Shown: one piece after another, positions 1 through 12,245 of the stretch
Layout of the letters: each line of letters opens with the position of its first letter
Position numbering within the stretch: position 1 is the first letter of the stretch
Assembly (NCBI RefSeq): GCF_020745735.1
Contig: NW_026867481.1
Location: 661,291 to 725,290 of the forward strand
Direction of reading: 5' to 3'
Source: Hemiscyllium ocellatum
Taxonomy: Eukaryota
DNA length: 64,000 nt
Program-made: the position numbers and the translations under genes
Notes under the pieces: generated by a model
Database searches by the model: none
Told to the model about the DNA's origin: nothing
What the model saw: the letters and a program-made list of their open reading frames with translations, nothing else

Positions 1-2530
1 GAGAGAACATTTGAGCGATAGTAATCGTAACTCCCTCACCTTTCAATGCTCATGGAAATGTACGGGACGAGAAGTATGGGAAAATATTTAGTTGGGGAAG
101 GGGAGATTAGAATATTATTCAGCAGGAACGAGGTCGCCTAAATTGGGAACAGATGTTCTCAGAGAAATGCATGACAGAAATGGAGAGATTGTTTATGGCG
201 CAATTGCTGATAACTGTTGACAGGTTTCTCCCAAGCATGCAAAGAAGGAGTGACAAGATGGAAGAACGTTGCGTGACAAAGAATGTGCAACATCTAGCCA
301 TAAAGAAGGAGAAAGCTAATTTACTGTTGAGGAGGCGAGGATCAGATAGGACTCGAGAAGGTTGTAATGTAGTCAGGAAGGAATTGAACAATGAACTGAG
401 GAGAGCTAGAAGAGGGCATGGAAAAGCTTTCGCAGATAGGATGAAGGAAAACACAAAGGCCTTTGACACTTTTGCGAGGAACACGATAATGACCAGTGTG
501 AGGGTAGGGCCGACCAGGGATAAAGAGGGTTGGGGAACTGTGCCTGGAGTTGGAGGAGGTAGGGAAGGAACTTTATAAGAGTACTTTGCCTCAGAGTCAC
601 TCCTGGAAGGAAAGTTGACGTTTCTGAGGACGGCGTGATGTGAGCAAACATGTTGGTGTTAAGACAAAGGATGTGATAAGATTTTGAAATTCATGAGGAT
701 GGATAAGTCACCCGGGCCAGAAAGGATATACTCTATGCTTCTATTGGAAACGAGGGAAAAGATTTCTGTACCTTTGCTGATGATCTTTGCACCCTTAGTG
801 TATAATGGATTAATTCTCGATGATTGGAGAGTGGCAAATATTGTTCTCTTCAAGAAACAGAATTGGGTTAATCGTGAGCACTCTAGAGCAGCCAGTCACA
901 CGTCTGTGGTGGGGAAGGCATTGAAAGAAAGGTTCCATCATTGCATGTAAAACCAGAGTTTGAGTAAAGTTAGTCAGCATGGCCTTATGTGCGGCCGGTC
1001 ATGCTACACACAATCTTGAGTTATTTTAGCATGTAACAAAGCGTATTGATGAAGGTAGAGCATTGGATGTGATATATAAGTAATTGAGCAATGCGTTTGA
1101 TAATGCTTCCCATGGTAGGCTCATTCAGAAAGTAAGGGAGTACAGGGAAATCGGGATACAGAATTGATTGCCTCAGAGAAGACACATTATGGTTGTATAT
1201 GGAAGCCTTTGAGGCTCGATTTTGGTGACCAGTGGTGTTCTGCAGGGACCGTTTCTGGGATCTCTGCTCTACGTTATCTTTATAATTTTTTTACTCACTC
1301 ACGGGCTGAGGATGTCACTGGATAACCGACATTTATTGCCCATCCCAGCAGGCAGTTAAGAGTCAACCAGGTAAGGATGGCAGGTAATATCCTTCCCGGA
1401 ATGGCATTAATGGACCAGGTGGTGTTTTTTTTTCCAACAACCGACAATGTATTGTGGCCATCTCAGCCTGTTCATTCCAGATGTTTGTTGAATTCAAATT
1501 TCACCATGTGTTGTGGCTAGATTTGAATGCGATCCCAACAACATTATCTGGGTCTCTGGGCTAAGAGTCCGGAGATGACACCACTAGGTCATTAACGCCC
1601 CTTCAATCACTTGGACAAGGAAGGGAAAGGGTGTCCTAGTAAGTTTGCAGATTTCCCGAAGTTTGGTGCAGTGGTATATATGTAGAGAGCTGTTTGTAAT
1701 TTGCAACGCGACATTGACAGGATGCAGAACCGGGCTGATAATTGGCAGTGAAATTCAGCCAGGAAAAGTGTGAAGTGATCCACTTTGGAAGGTCGAATTT
1801 GAATGAAAAATACAAGTTTAAAGGTTGGATCATTGGCAGTGTAGAAGTAAAGAGGGATGTTGAGGTCCAGGTCCATGCATTCTTCAAATTTGCCACACAG
1901 GTTAATAGGGTTTCCGAGAACTAATATTGTGTGTTTGGCTTTCATTGGCGGGAGAATTCTGTTTAAGAGCCACGATGTTACGCTGCAGATAATACAGCAC
2001 TAGTGAGAACACACTTTGAACATTGTGTTCTGTTCTGATCGCCTCACTATAGGAATAATGTAAAAGCTTTAGAGAGGGTGCAGAGGAAACTTACCAGAAT
2101 TATGGGTGCATTTGGAGGATGTGACCTACGAAGAAACGTTGAAGAACTGAGACTTTTCTTATTGGAGCGATGAAGCATGAGATCTGACTTTGAATGAGGT
2201 GTACAAGATGATGAGAGAAATAGATAGAGTGGATGGCTGTTGACCATTCCCCAGTCGGTTATGGCTATAACGAGCAGGCATAATTTTAAAGTGATTGGTG
2301 GAACTTTTAGGGGACGTGTCAGATGTAGGTTCTTTAGACAGATAGTGTTGGGTGCGTGGAATGCATTGCCAGCAGTGGTAGTGGAGGCAGATACGTTAGG
2401 GGCATTTCAGCAACTCTGGGATCGGCTCATGGAAAATATGTTAGACTGATTTTAGATAAGGATTAAAGTCCGGGACAACTCGAGGGCCGAACGGCCTGTA
2501 CTGTGCTGTCCTATTCTATTTTCTACGTTC
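1..2530 (+). mobile_element. Decayed CR1-type LINE (ORF2 endonuclease/RT remnants and 3' end), with a SINE-like insert at about 1305-1605
   Basis: Broken ORF2-like peptides (DKSPGPERIY, DDWRVANIVLFKK, KFSQEKCEVIHFGRSN, CRFFRQIVLGAWNALP) and a (TTCTA)n-like tail near 2510-2530. The element runs off the left edge of the window. Confidence 0.85.
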
Positions 2531-2639
2531 GATTTTCCATGTTCAATGTAATGCTTTAGAATTCATAACTAACTATACATGTTATGGAATGGTAGGCGAG
2601 AACCAGCATTTGCGTTTAAGACAAAATTGTCAAGAGCAA

Positions 2640-2965
2640 TAGTTCAGTGATGGACACTGCTACCTCACAGTGGAGGATCCGGTTCCATTATTGATTCTAG
2701 CCTCGGGCGACTGTCTGTGTAGAGTTTTCACATTCTCCCTGTGTCTGCCTGAATTTCCTCCTGGTGCACTGATTTTCTCCCACAGTTCGAAAGATATGTA
2801 AGATAGGAGAATTGGCTATTCTAAATTGGCCAGAGCGTTCAGGGATGTGTAGGTTAGGTGTATTATTCAGGGGCAAATATATTGTAGGGGAAATCGATCT
2901 CAATTAGTTGTTCTTCAGACTTGTGAACTTGTTGTGTTGAAAAGGCCTGTTTCCATGCTGTAGGG
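2640..2965 (+). mobile_element. Degenerate HE1-like tRNA-derived SINE
   Basis: Diverged match to the intact SINE at 48931 (CACTGCTACCTCACAG...GACTGTCTGTGTAGAGTTTTCACATTCTCCCTGTGTCTGC). Confidence 0.75.
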
Positions 2966-3600
2966 ATTCGATGATTCTATGAATCAAAAAGAAAGAACAT
3001 AGTTTCCTCAGCCTGTAACAAAGGAAACTTGCTATTCCTACCTGATCAGGCAAGGAGAGCTGCAAAGTTTCAACAAATTCATTAACTCTGAACAGTGAAG
3101 TGGATTTCCTAACTGAGTCAAATAGTGTCAAGAGCAATAAATGGGCAAAAAATACAATTTCTCGTCAGATTCAGCATTATCAACATCCTGGGATTAGAAT
3201 TAACTGAAAACTGAACTGTTACATAAGGACGTTTTCACCACAAGCAGGGTAGAGACTGTGTTTCCTGCAGTGAATGAACCGAAATGACAGGAACAGATTA
3301 AGCCACTTCGCCCACCGTGTCTACTCCACTATGCAATGAGATTAAGCCTGATCTCATAATCCATAACTAAACTTTTCTGCCTTTCCCCATAACCCTAGTA
3401 TTCCCTTGCCGAATAATATTCTGTTTCTTTTACCTTGAATATATTTAACTGATCAACTTTTAGAGCTCACTGCAATAAAATCACCACAGATACACGATCC
3501 TGAAGAAAGAGAAAAAATCGTTCTTGACAATTTTGCCTTAAAAGAAAACGCTTACTCTGTGATTACACGCTCTGGACCTTGACTGATTTCAGGATAATTC

Positions 3601-4130
3601 ATAGAACATAGAACATAGAAAAATACAGCGCAGTACAGGCCCTTCGGCCCTCGATGTTGAGCCGAACGAAGCCTACCTAACCTATACTAGCTCAATAACC
3701 TCCATATACTTATCCAATGCCCGCTTGAATGACCATAAAGAGGGAAAGTCCACCACTGATACTGGCAGGGCATTCCATGAACTCACAACCCGCTGAGTAA
3801 AGAATCTACCTCTAACATCTGTCCTATTCCAACCTCCCCTTAATTTAAACCTGTGTCCCCTAGTAACAGCTGACTCCATACGCAGAAAAAGGTTCTCACT
3901 GTCAACCCTATCTAAAGCCCTAATCATCTTGTACACCTCTATCAAATCTTCCCTGAACCTTCTTCTCTCCAAAGAGAACAGCCCCAAGTGCCTCAGACTT
4001 TCCTCATACGATCTTCCTACTATGCCAGGCAACATCCTGGTAAACCTACTCTGCACCCGTTCCAGTGCCTCCACATCCTTCCTATAGTATGGCGACCAAA
4101 ACTGCAAACAATACTCCAGAAGAGAACAGA
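3601..4130 (-). mobile_element. CR1 LINE, 5'-truncated 3' end
   Basis: ORF 3682..4242 contains LEYCLQFWSPYYRKDVEALERVQSRFTRMLPG...RFFTQRVVSSWNALP, followed by a (TTCTATG)n tail read as ATAGAAC repeats on +. Confidence 0.92.
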
Positions 4131-6019
4131 CCATTTTCAGTTGGATATGAATTCCCCAAGCCTCGATGGGTGAAGAATTGAGTTCTTGCCCCATGCACAG
4201 AGCAGTGATACGACCAAATTGGATTGTGTCAGTTTGAATCAAATATTTTGAACTTTAAATTGTGGTGTGTTAATGCGTAGGAAAACTGAGTGCAGTTCTT
4301 AATACACATGAAGTATCTGAATTGTCGCTCACGAACGTTACAGTGTGCAGTAAGGTTCTTATTTCGAAATTTTAACCATTTCCCCGAGAGGTTTGTCGGC
4401 AGCCTCCACACGATCCCAGTGAATTATCTGGTAGTTGTCATTTCGTCGAGAACAACTTCAACAAGAGTTTCTACGTGGGATCAAATTGGGAAATCTCATG
4501 GTTAACAAAAACGTTCTGAAGTTTATACTTTGGAAATCAATGTCCAGCCCCGTCGAGACGTTAACGGGCCAGACATCTCTCAGTCTGATTCACAAACAGA
4601 AAATGCTTGGAAAGCTCAGTGGGTCAAAGTAAATCTGCGTAGTGAGAAATATTGCTAATTGTGTTTTTTTTTAGTTTAAATCGGTTTCAAAGGTGCTCCA
4701 ATAGCTGTCAATAGTTTTGGATTCAGTTTGTGCTGTATAGTGCTATAAAACTGCAAGGATTCTTTTTTGATCGTGAGCCCTGATGTATTTCTCTCTTCTA
4801 GGGAAATTGTTATTTTCCATCTATGCTATTACAGGGAGTAATATCGAGGATCAATCTTAATTCATGTTTTCTGTAGCACAAGCAACTTTAATTCAGAGCT
4901 ATATTACCACATATATGGGAGAGGCCAGAGATCAATACTAAACTGGTTTTCAAGTGAGACTGGCAAAGAAATAGTTCAGATCGTAAGTCTTTGACACCTG
5001 AGTTGCCCAAAGAAATGTAAGGCTTTTATAGTTTTTGCATTATTTTGATTACATGCAAAGTCGAAGTCATTGTTAGCCACATCCAGAAACCTCCACCATC
5101 TTTCTATGGGATCCTACAAATCTTCTGAACGTTTTCTTCCTCTTTAGACATTTGCCAGCTGTATCACAATATTTACGAATAACATAAATTTTCAGTAAGA
5201 ACTCTTACGATTCCTGCAAAAGTTTTACAATAGCAGGTTAGGAAGGATGTTATTCTTATTAGTAATTATAACTTCTGTAAAATCAACTCTAATATGAAGT
5301 TACTATGACACGACTGACAAATTGAGAACTACCTTTGTCTGACTCCAGCCTCAGACTTTCAATTGTGATTTAAGATCCAATTTGTTTCGATACTGAATGC
5401 GAGTTTTAAACTAAATGGTGATTTTAAGTACTTCTTTACTGTTTACACTTTATACACTTCCGATTGCTAATTTTCTTTTCTTAATAAAAATATGTATTCA
5501 AATTCCACTAATTAGAGTGAAATTCTACCACTTATAACATTATCAAGATATTAAATGAAACGTGCTGAGATTTCACAAATTACTCGTGGTCAGCCATTTC
5601 TTCACACTATAGTTTGTAACCTGTCTTTGTCAGTTTCCCTTGATCTTTGGATGAAATAACTTGCTCGAATTAGCTCCATCTACACTTAAGTTTAATTAAT
5701 TTATCTTCTCGCTTTTTATGAATCTATTCTGCCCCCCCTGGGCGAATGGTCTTTTTGTTGCTTCGTGTTTACGCTGTCAATGACGTTATCTTTTTCCATA
5801 ATGCCTCTTTATTACTTCTGAACATTTGCTCAGGGAATGCACCTAACCTTTCAGAGAGAGTTGTTCTTTGCTTTTGCAATTTTAGAATGGGCTAAACAAT
5901 TCAGAATACTGTCGTATCAAACCTTTCTGTACGTTTTTCACTAAATGACAAACTTGGGACTGCGGCCAAAACTAGGACGTCCAAGGCTCGTGTGTTTTTG
6001 CATTTAGAAATGTTTTTAA

Positions 6020-6032
6020 NNNNNNNNNNNNN
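6020..6032. other. Assembly gap (13 N)
   Basis: Run of 13 N. Confidence 1.
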
Positions 6033-7439
6033 TATGTCACTAATCCGGACCATATACACTGTGTTGAAAATAAATAGATCAAATAATTTTCGATTTGAAT
6101 TCCGGGAGTACAGTACAGAGGGCAACCCAAGAAATCCCTAAAAGTTACATTACCCTGATTGATCACTTCCTTACATTAAACATTAACACTTTAAAAACTA
6201 AGAAGCCACAATACAACAAAGTAAATAGGGGTGGGGGGGGGGGGGGGTATATTCGGGATATTATAAGAATTTAATGAACCGTGATGTTCATGTGTAATGG
6301 CCCCGGCCAAATCCCTCCCGGGATTTCAAGGGAGCCCATATTCTAACTTTTCTAGTTATTTTGAGCAGGTGTACAAATGGATATTCCAGGAGTGACGCAG
6401 GTGATCAAAATCCCTCGGGTTTTAAACAGAACAGAATTTATTTATGAAACACAAACAAAAGAGAACCGAATGATTTAAACTCTCCGAAATCTCAGCAGAC
6501 AATGCCAACTTAATCATCCTGTTACAAATGCAGTCGCCACAAACACCCTCTTGGGAAAACAGTAAAATAAGACATAGATTCTTACAAGAGAGGGAGAACG
6601 CACAGATATTTATCATGAAACTTTGATGTATTGTTGCTGTTCCTTTGGATTCCCCGGTTTAAACTGACCAGCAGCTCTGAACAGCCAGACTGCTGAAACC
6701 AGTAAAGCAGAGGTGAGAGAACTGGCTATATCCTTTCATTGTACAAATACTTGTTTTAACAAAAAACTTGAAAGTCTTTTATCTCAGTCAGTATTTGTTA
6801 GATATAACCAAATTGGCCCTAGATCCCATACAAAACAAACAAACCGGAATCGAAATGTTTTTTGAACCCTGTAATAATAAAAAAAATGACAACCTAACCT
6901 TGAGAAAGGAGCAGCATCCACAAATGGTAATAATCCGAGAGGAAAAACACATTTTGTCTTGTTTTCTTAATATTGACTGAATGTAAAAGTCAAACTGAAA
7001 AAAAAGCATTCGTGCTTTAAAACATGAGAAGTGCTTTTGGAAATGAGAACTCAGCAGGACGTGAATAAAAAGCATTTATTTTGAGATTTTGTTAACCCAT
7101 ACTGCAGTGCAATCGTGTTGCAGTTACATATTCATTCACGACTGGAAAACAGTGTCAGTTTCGATATTTCAGGAAGTTGTTTTGTTACAAAGGTTTTTGT
7201 TCGTAAATTATTAAAAATCATTTAATAACAAATGTGCATCATGTACAGAATGTATTTGATATAAATGGAGCAGAAGAAGCTTCCCCCATGCTGCACCTGT
7301 CACTCTCTGATTGTTAAATATTTGCATACATTTCAAATCAATGCTTTTTAAAAGATAATTTTGGAATTCCTAGTCTTCTCAGTAGTTTGCACACAATTAC
7401 CATCTACCCGATTCCACTCACCTTGCCCTATTACAGGAG

Positions 7440-7478
7440 TGTTTTTGTACGAGACTTCCTCTGGTTTCTGTCACAGTG
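7440..7478 (-). other. 23-bp-spacer recombination signal sequence of V segment 1
   Basis: Minus strand: heptamer CACTGTG, 23-nt spacer ACAGAAACCAGAGGAAGTCTCGT, nonamer ACAAAAACA, directly after YYCVLRD. Confidence 0.93.
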
Positions 7479-8012
7479 TCTCTGAGCACGCAGTAATACA
7501 CTGCGCTGTCAGACAGACGTAGCTCGTCGATGGTGAAATTCCCCTCACGTTTTGAAATATCCAACGATACGGAAAACCGAGTCCCCACACCTTTGGTTCT
7601 GAAAACATAACCGGATTGAAGGATGTAGATCAAGAATGTTGCAGATTCACCCGTGCCTTGACGGTACAGCTGTATGGAATATGAATTAGCTGCTTTGATT
7701 GAATAACTGAAGTTAATGGTTACCGATTCTCGTTCAAACTGTTTTGTTGTAGTTGGCTCCTGCGAGACCGAATCTGCAGAATTAACACCTGCAGAAATTT
7801 CAAAATAAAAGTGAGTTCAGTTTTGAATTATATTTTTATCCCAATGTGTCACAGAGATAACAGAACATATTGCAAGTACAATGAAAACACTGTTACATGG
7901 GAGGTCACCGTGTATATATCAAGGAGAAGTCAACATTTTTTTGCAACTTGGTGAACTTACCAGTGCAGAGAACTGCCGCTATAGTCAATATATAAAATGT
8001 AACTGCAGACAT
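7479..8012 (-). CDS. TRAV/TRDV: TCR alpha/delta-type V gene segment 1, open, non-canonical (Cys23->Phe, Trp41->Leu)
   Basis: Leader exon 8012-7961 (MSAVTFYILTIAAVLCT+G, donor GTAAGT), phase-1 intron, acceptor TTTCTGCAG. V exon 7788-7479 reads GVNSADSVSQEPTTTKQFERESVTINFSYSIKAANSYSIQLYRQGTGESATFLIYILQSGYVFRTKGVGTRFSVSLDISKREGNFTIDELRLSDSAVYYCVLRD with no stops, then the RSS. Alpha vs delta cannot be decided from the V alone. Confidence 0.9.
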
Positions 8013-8129
8013 GTTTGCAGAGTAGTTGGTGGGTTTGAACAGAAGGAATTGAAACTCAAACGTTTAGGTTAAGGTCGAGGTTTCACAGACGAAGCTGAAG
8101 CCGAGTCCTTTCAACTTATATTTGATGTT

Positions 8130-8192
8130 GAGTTATATCCTGCCTCAGTGCTAATTGGTTTATTCCTGGTGATCACCAGGTGACACCCAATC
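8130..8192 (-). promoter_or_regulatory. Putative V promoter: TATA-like GGATATAAC, 16-bp palindrome with adjoining E-box, inverted CCAAT
   Basis: GTTATATCC at 8132-8140 and CCAAT at 8187-8191 recur at almost the same distance from the ATG in the paralog at 59.9 kb. Palindrome CCTGGTGATCACCAGG at 8165-8180. Confidence 0.5.
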
Positions 8193-9023
8193 TGTTTTTC
8201 AATGCAGTCTCCTACGTCACAGATCTTTCTGCAAGAACGCAGTATCTGAGCTGAAGGAAGCCACTTGGCTCTTCAAGCATGGTCCTCATTGCTGATCTGC
8301 CTCACATAAAATTTTCTGCATTATTCACGAATCCGTTTGTTTGCAGTACTCCCTGTGAGTGTAAAGTAAACTGATGAACAGAGCAAGTATTCGCTTGGTG
8401 CACAAAATTTTCAATTCATTTCTAACACTCTGACAGGTTTAACTTCTGATTAGTTTTGATGAGGGGTAATACTGAATGATGTTATGTTATCTGTGCTAGG
8501 GTCTTCCTGAAAATATCTGGCCATTGATCATGAAAAATGCCCGCAGCTGGGAATATTTTATGTAAAATGGCGCATATTCTGAACCTCAGAATAAGCTTCT
8601 GCTCGAAATCTAGTCTTTGCTATGTCAAGGTAGATATTTCTAAAAACACATCAAAAGGATGGGAATGAAAATAGCGAAAATAGCGAAATTGATATAGAGG
8701 ATAATCCATGATAATATGGCACAACGGACTCAAACAGATGCGTGGCCTACTCCGAGTCTCTTTGATACCGAATGTATTACCAATGCACAATACAGATCAA
8801 ATGTCTAATTCAAAGAAAGGGGCGAGAGTGTTTAGCTTGTTTTAGTTACGCCTGATTGCACCTTTGTATCAGTGTGGACCTGCTTGTACGAGAATTGATT
8901 GTCAGAGATAAGAGCACGATCCAATCTCAAAGGAATTGTAATGGAAAATTACCAAATTTAACATTTACTACGAAATCTGAAATGTTTTCCGAAATTCAAA
9001 ACATTTCTGGCACTTTGCAACTT

Positions 9024-9870
9024 TGCTGAATGCTGCAGTCCAGAGACAGCTTGTCTCTGTGGAACTTTGTAAACATTGAAACTGGCCTTGTGACCAGTCA
9101 ATTTCAGATTTGAGCTAAGGGAAACATAAGAACAGTATGTCCACGACAAAGGAATGAAAAAATAACAATTTGAGTTTTTTCCAGTCTTTGTCCTTGAGAC
9201 CGTGATAAAATATGATAAGAAGAATTTCTGAATTATGCTCAAGTGCCCTTGCATGAGACATTTTTGCCATGTGTATTAGTCCCTCTACATGCAGAAGGAT
9301 TTAAACTTCTTTTTATTGCTCTTGCGAACTGTTGAGTCGAGTCAATTTAATTTCCACGACAGTAAACTTGGGGGCTCGTCTCTGGACGCTGCGACTGGGT
9401 GGGATTCTGAAGATTCCCAGGAGGTGTAGGTGCCAGCAGCTTGAAGGTCTTTCACTTCATCTCGAGCGCTAAAATGGTCCCTTTACGTGAGAGGACTGGG
9501 AATCTATGGATCGCCCCAGCGCCTGAGTTCGAATCGAATATGGTCAGGGTAAGAGTCGCGGCCTAAGTAATCCATCACAGAGACGCATTCAAAGTGAATA
9601 AATAAAGCAAGAAAAGGTTTCAGTGAACTCTCGCCATGGTATTTGAGCAAAACCGCAACGGAAGGGGATTGCCCGCTCTAGAATGTTAAGATACAGTGAG
9701 TTTATGGGTGGTTTTTGACTTGGAACAAACACTGCCTGAGTTGGACTCGCAAAGACGTACGGGGTACTTGGTTTCTTGGTTTACAAAAACCAAGACTTTG
9801 AGGTGGACGCGCCCAATGCAAGAGGAGACCTTTAGAGGTCAAAAGTAAGCAAAAGGGAAATGATAACGGT

Positions 9871-9925
<55 letters not shown>

Positions 9926-12245
9926 AAAACTTTTCGAGTGACGCGGAAAATGGGCTCTGGCAAGAGCAAATAAAAAGAGGGTCCACAGAGGACATGTAAT
10001 GGCCAACCAAAACTACAGTACAGGCTAAATAATTTCGGTCCAGCGTCTTTAAAGCAGTTAGAATTGTGAATTAAGGAAGGTGGTTTCTGGAGGGTGGAAG
10101 TTTTAGTAAAAGACAGTTAGACATTTTGAGGTCGAAGTTGGAGGAGAAGGTGAAATGGAAGGGAAAAATAGAAGTTGTGATTTGGAGTGCTTGTAACGTG
10201 TGGAAGGCTGAGGCTGATATCAGACAAAGGATCAAGTAAAAGATAGATCAATTACGTGTACAAACATCAGCACACATGCAGACGCGTGGAAAACAACCAA
10301 TTGAAGCTGTACAGTGTCTGATGTCTGTTTCAGATCCTGACCTTTATGACTGCCCTCTGAGACTTACAGCCCTCCTCCAAGGTTCGCCTGGCGAAGGTTC
10401 CAAGTCGGCAGCTGACACCTCAGGGTCTGCTGAATCACCGGTAGCATCTCGTACCCGCAACAGATTAAAGCAAGAAGCCCAAGAGAAGTAATAAATGGCC
10501 AGCCGCAAACGTCCATGCCAGAGCAGCCAACCCACAAGTAGAAAAGAACAACGATTTTAATGCTTTTGTTCCAGCACTGGCCACCGGCTGTAGGGAATCA
10601 TTCCCAGTGCGAATGGACATGACCAAAATAGCAATGTGTTGACAACGAGAAGATGAAACATCTTCTCGTTTCTTACGCGCCTCACTGAAGTCCATAATGC
10701 CCATAGTGGACTGAGACCACCTGAAGACATAACGGTGGCATAAATCACGCTGTATGAGGCACATCTGATGAACAGCTTCATCAATGGAATGAAGGATGAA
10801 ATAGCGAAAAAGATAAAAGACACATGTATTACTTGGGTCACGGGAAAGCTAAATTTGATAGAACAATATGCGATACATGCTAAAGGATGAGCGGAAATTG
10901 AAGATGGAAGAAGCACATAAAGCTCAGCTTACTATGATGCAGATGGTAGCCCAGACGTTGGATGGAGGTGCTGCAGAATAAAGAGAACAGAGGAGGCATT
11001 GGCAGCGGTAGATCTCGTGGCAACTATGTTTGCAGAGCAGTGGACCACTGGGCGAGGCAGTGCCCGCAAAATCAGTCCCAATCGGCCCAGGAGGCTGGGC
11101 AGCAGAATGAGAGACAGGGGAAGGCTGAGGTGGAGGTGGGCAGCCCACAAGGTACAGGTAACCCTCTTTCCCTTGGCAATGAAGACTCGCTTGTGCTAAT
11201 CTCTTCTACTAACCTTACGGGCACTGAAAAAAGTCCCAACCCCATATTGAGCGCTTAGATTGCAGAGCATGGACCATATATTCAGTGCAATGATGATGCA
11301 TATAAGTCAATGCCTACCTCGATGGTATACATGTGGAAAGTACACCAGTTACCTGTTTTGGAGATACAAGGGCATCCCTGAAATGTTTTGTAGTGACAAT
11401 GGGACACCAACTGTCAATAATGCCTTACAGCAGATAAGCCATTATTTGTGACTAATCATGAGACAACACTGTGCCTACCAGCCAGCGAGCGGTGGGGCAG
11501 TGGAAAGAGAAAATGCTACTTTAAAAAATAAATTGACACAATATTGTGAGGAACCATAGGTGACATAGAAAAAGAAACTTCCGATTGTGCTTATGTATAT
11601 AAGATCCAGGAGGAAAGGAAGAGCTAATCTTAGTCCATTTGAGATTTTGTTTGATAGACCGCCCAATACAGGAATTGACCCAAGACATAAGTTAAGACAG
11701 ATAACAAGTCACTTTGAGGAATGAACGTTGTGTTACTGTATGAACTCGTTACACTTTTGTCTGAAATGAAGAATCAAATGAAAGCAGCACTACCCCAACC
11801 AGCAAAAGGGAAGCTGCACGATCTAGAAAATGGAGACTGTATGGTAGTGAAAGACTTCAGGAGGAAAAACTGGAAAGCGAAGTGGTGGCTGGGACCGTTT
11901 CAAATGCTGAAGTCTGCAGTCGAGGGACAGCTTGTCTGTGCAGAAGTTTGTAAACATTCAAACTGGCCTTGTGAGCAGTCAATTTCAGATTTGAGCTAAG
12001 GAAAATATAAGAACAGCATGTCCACAACAAAGGAATGACAAAATAACAAGTTGAATTTTCCCAGTCTTTGTCCTTGAGACCGTAATAAGAATGTTATAAG
12101 AAGAGTTTCTGAATTATGCTCAAGTGCTCTTTCACAAAGCAATTTTTCAAAGTGCTTTGGTCCCTCTGCATGCAGAGGTTAAAAATACTGAAGTTTTTTT
12201 TTCTCTTGCTAATAGTTGAGTCGAGTCAATTTAACTTCCACGACA
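9024..12245 (+). mobile_element. Internally deleted endogenous retrovirus (ERV1, gamma/epsilon-like): LTR-PBS-gag remnant-integrase remnant-LTR
   Basis: Direct repeats of about 340 bp at about 9024-9361 and 11905-12245, both ending CCACGACA. PBS TGGGGGCTCGTC at 9369-9380. Knuckle remnant YVCRAVDHWARQCP near 11020. Integrase core GIPEMFCSDNGTP...AYQPASGGAVERENATLKNKL...LSPFEILF and C-terminal KWWLGPFQ, with stops. No RT or env recognised. No clear TSD, so LTR 5' ends are approximate. Confidence 0.85.
9874..9921. repeat. (GA)n microsatellite in ERV leader
   Basis: Perfect GA run. Confidence 0.98.

Larger units (their letters stand above)
1..6019. repeat. Copy A of a duplicated block (copy B is 24610-30637)
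   Basis: Base 1 aligns to 24610 (offset 24609). The ORF track is identical at 119..950 vs 24728..25559. The alignment continues to the N gap at 6020. Confidence 0.97.

Noticed and set aside
119-950. Long ORFs in the track (121, 141 and 88 aa) and their duplicates at 24.7-25.6 kb as host genes
   Set aside because: They are broken CR1 ORF2 frames or antisense to them.
6293-6900. Possible solo LTR after the first gap
   Set aside because: It starts with TGTAA and has LTR-like composition, but I found no second copy, TSD or PBS to support it.
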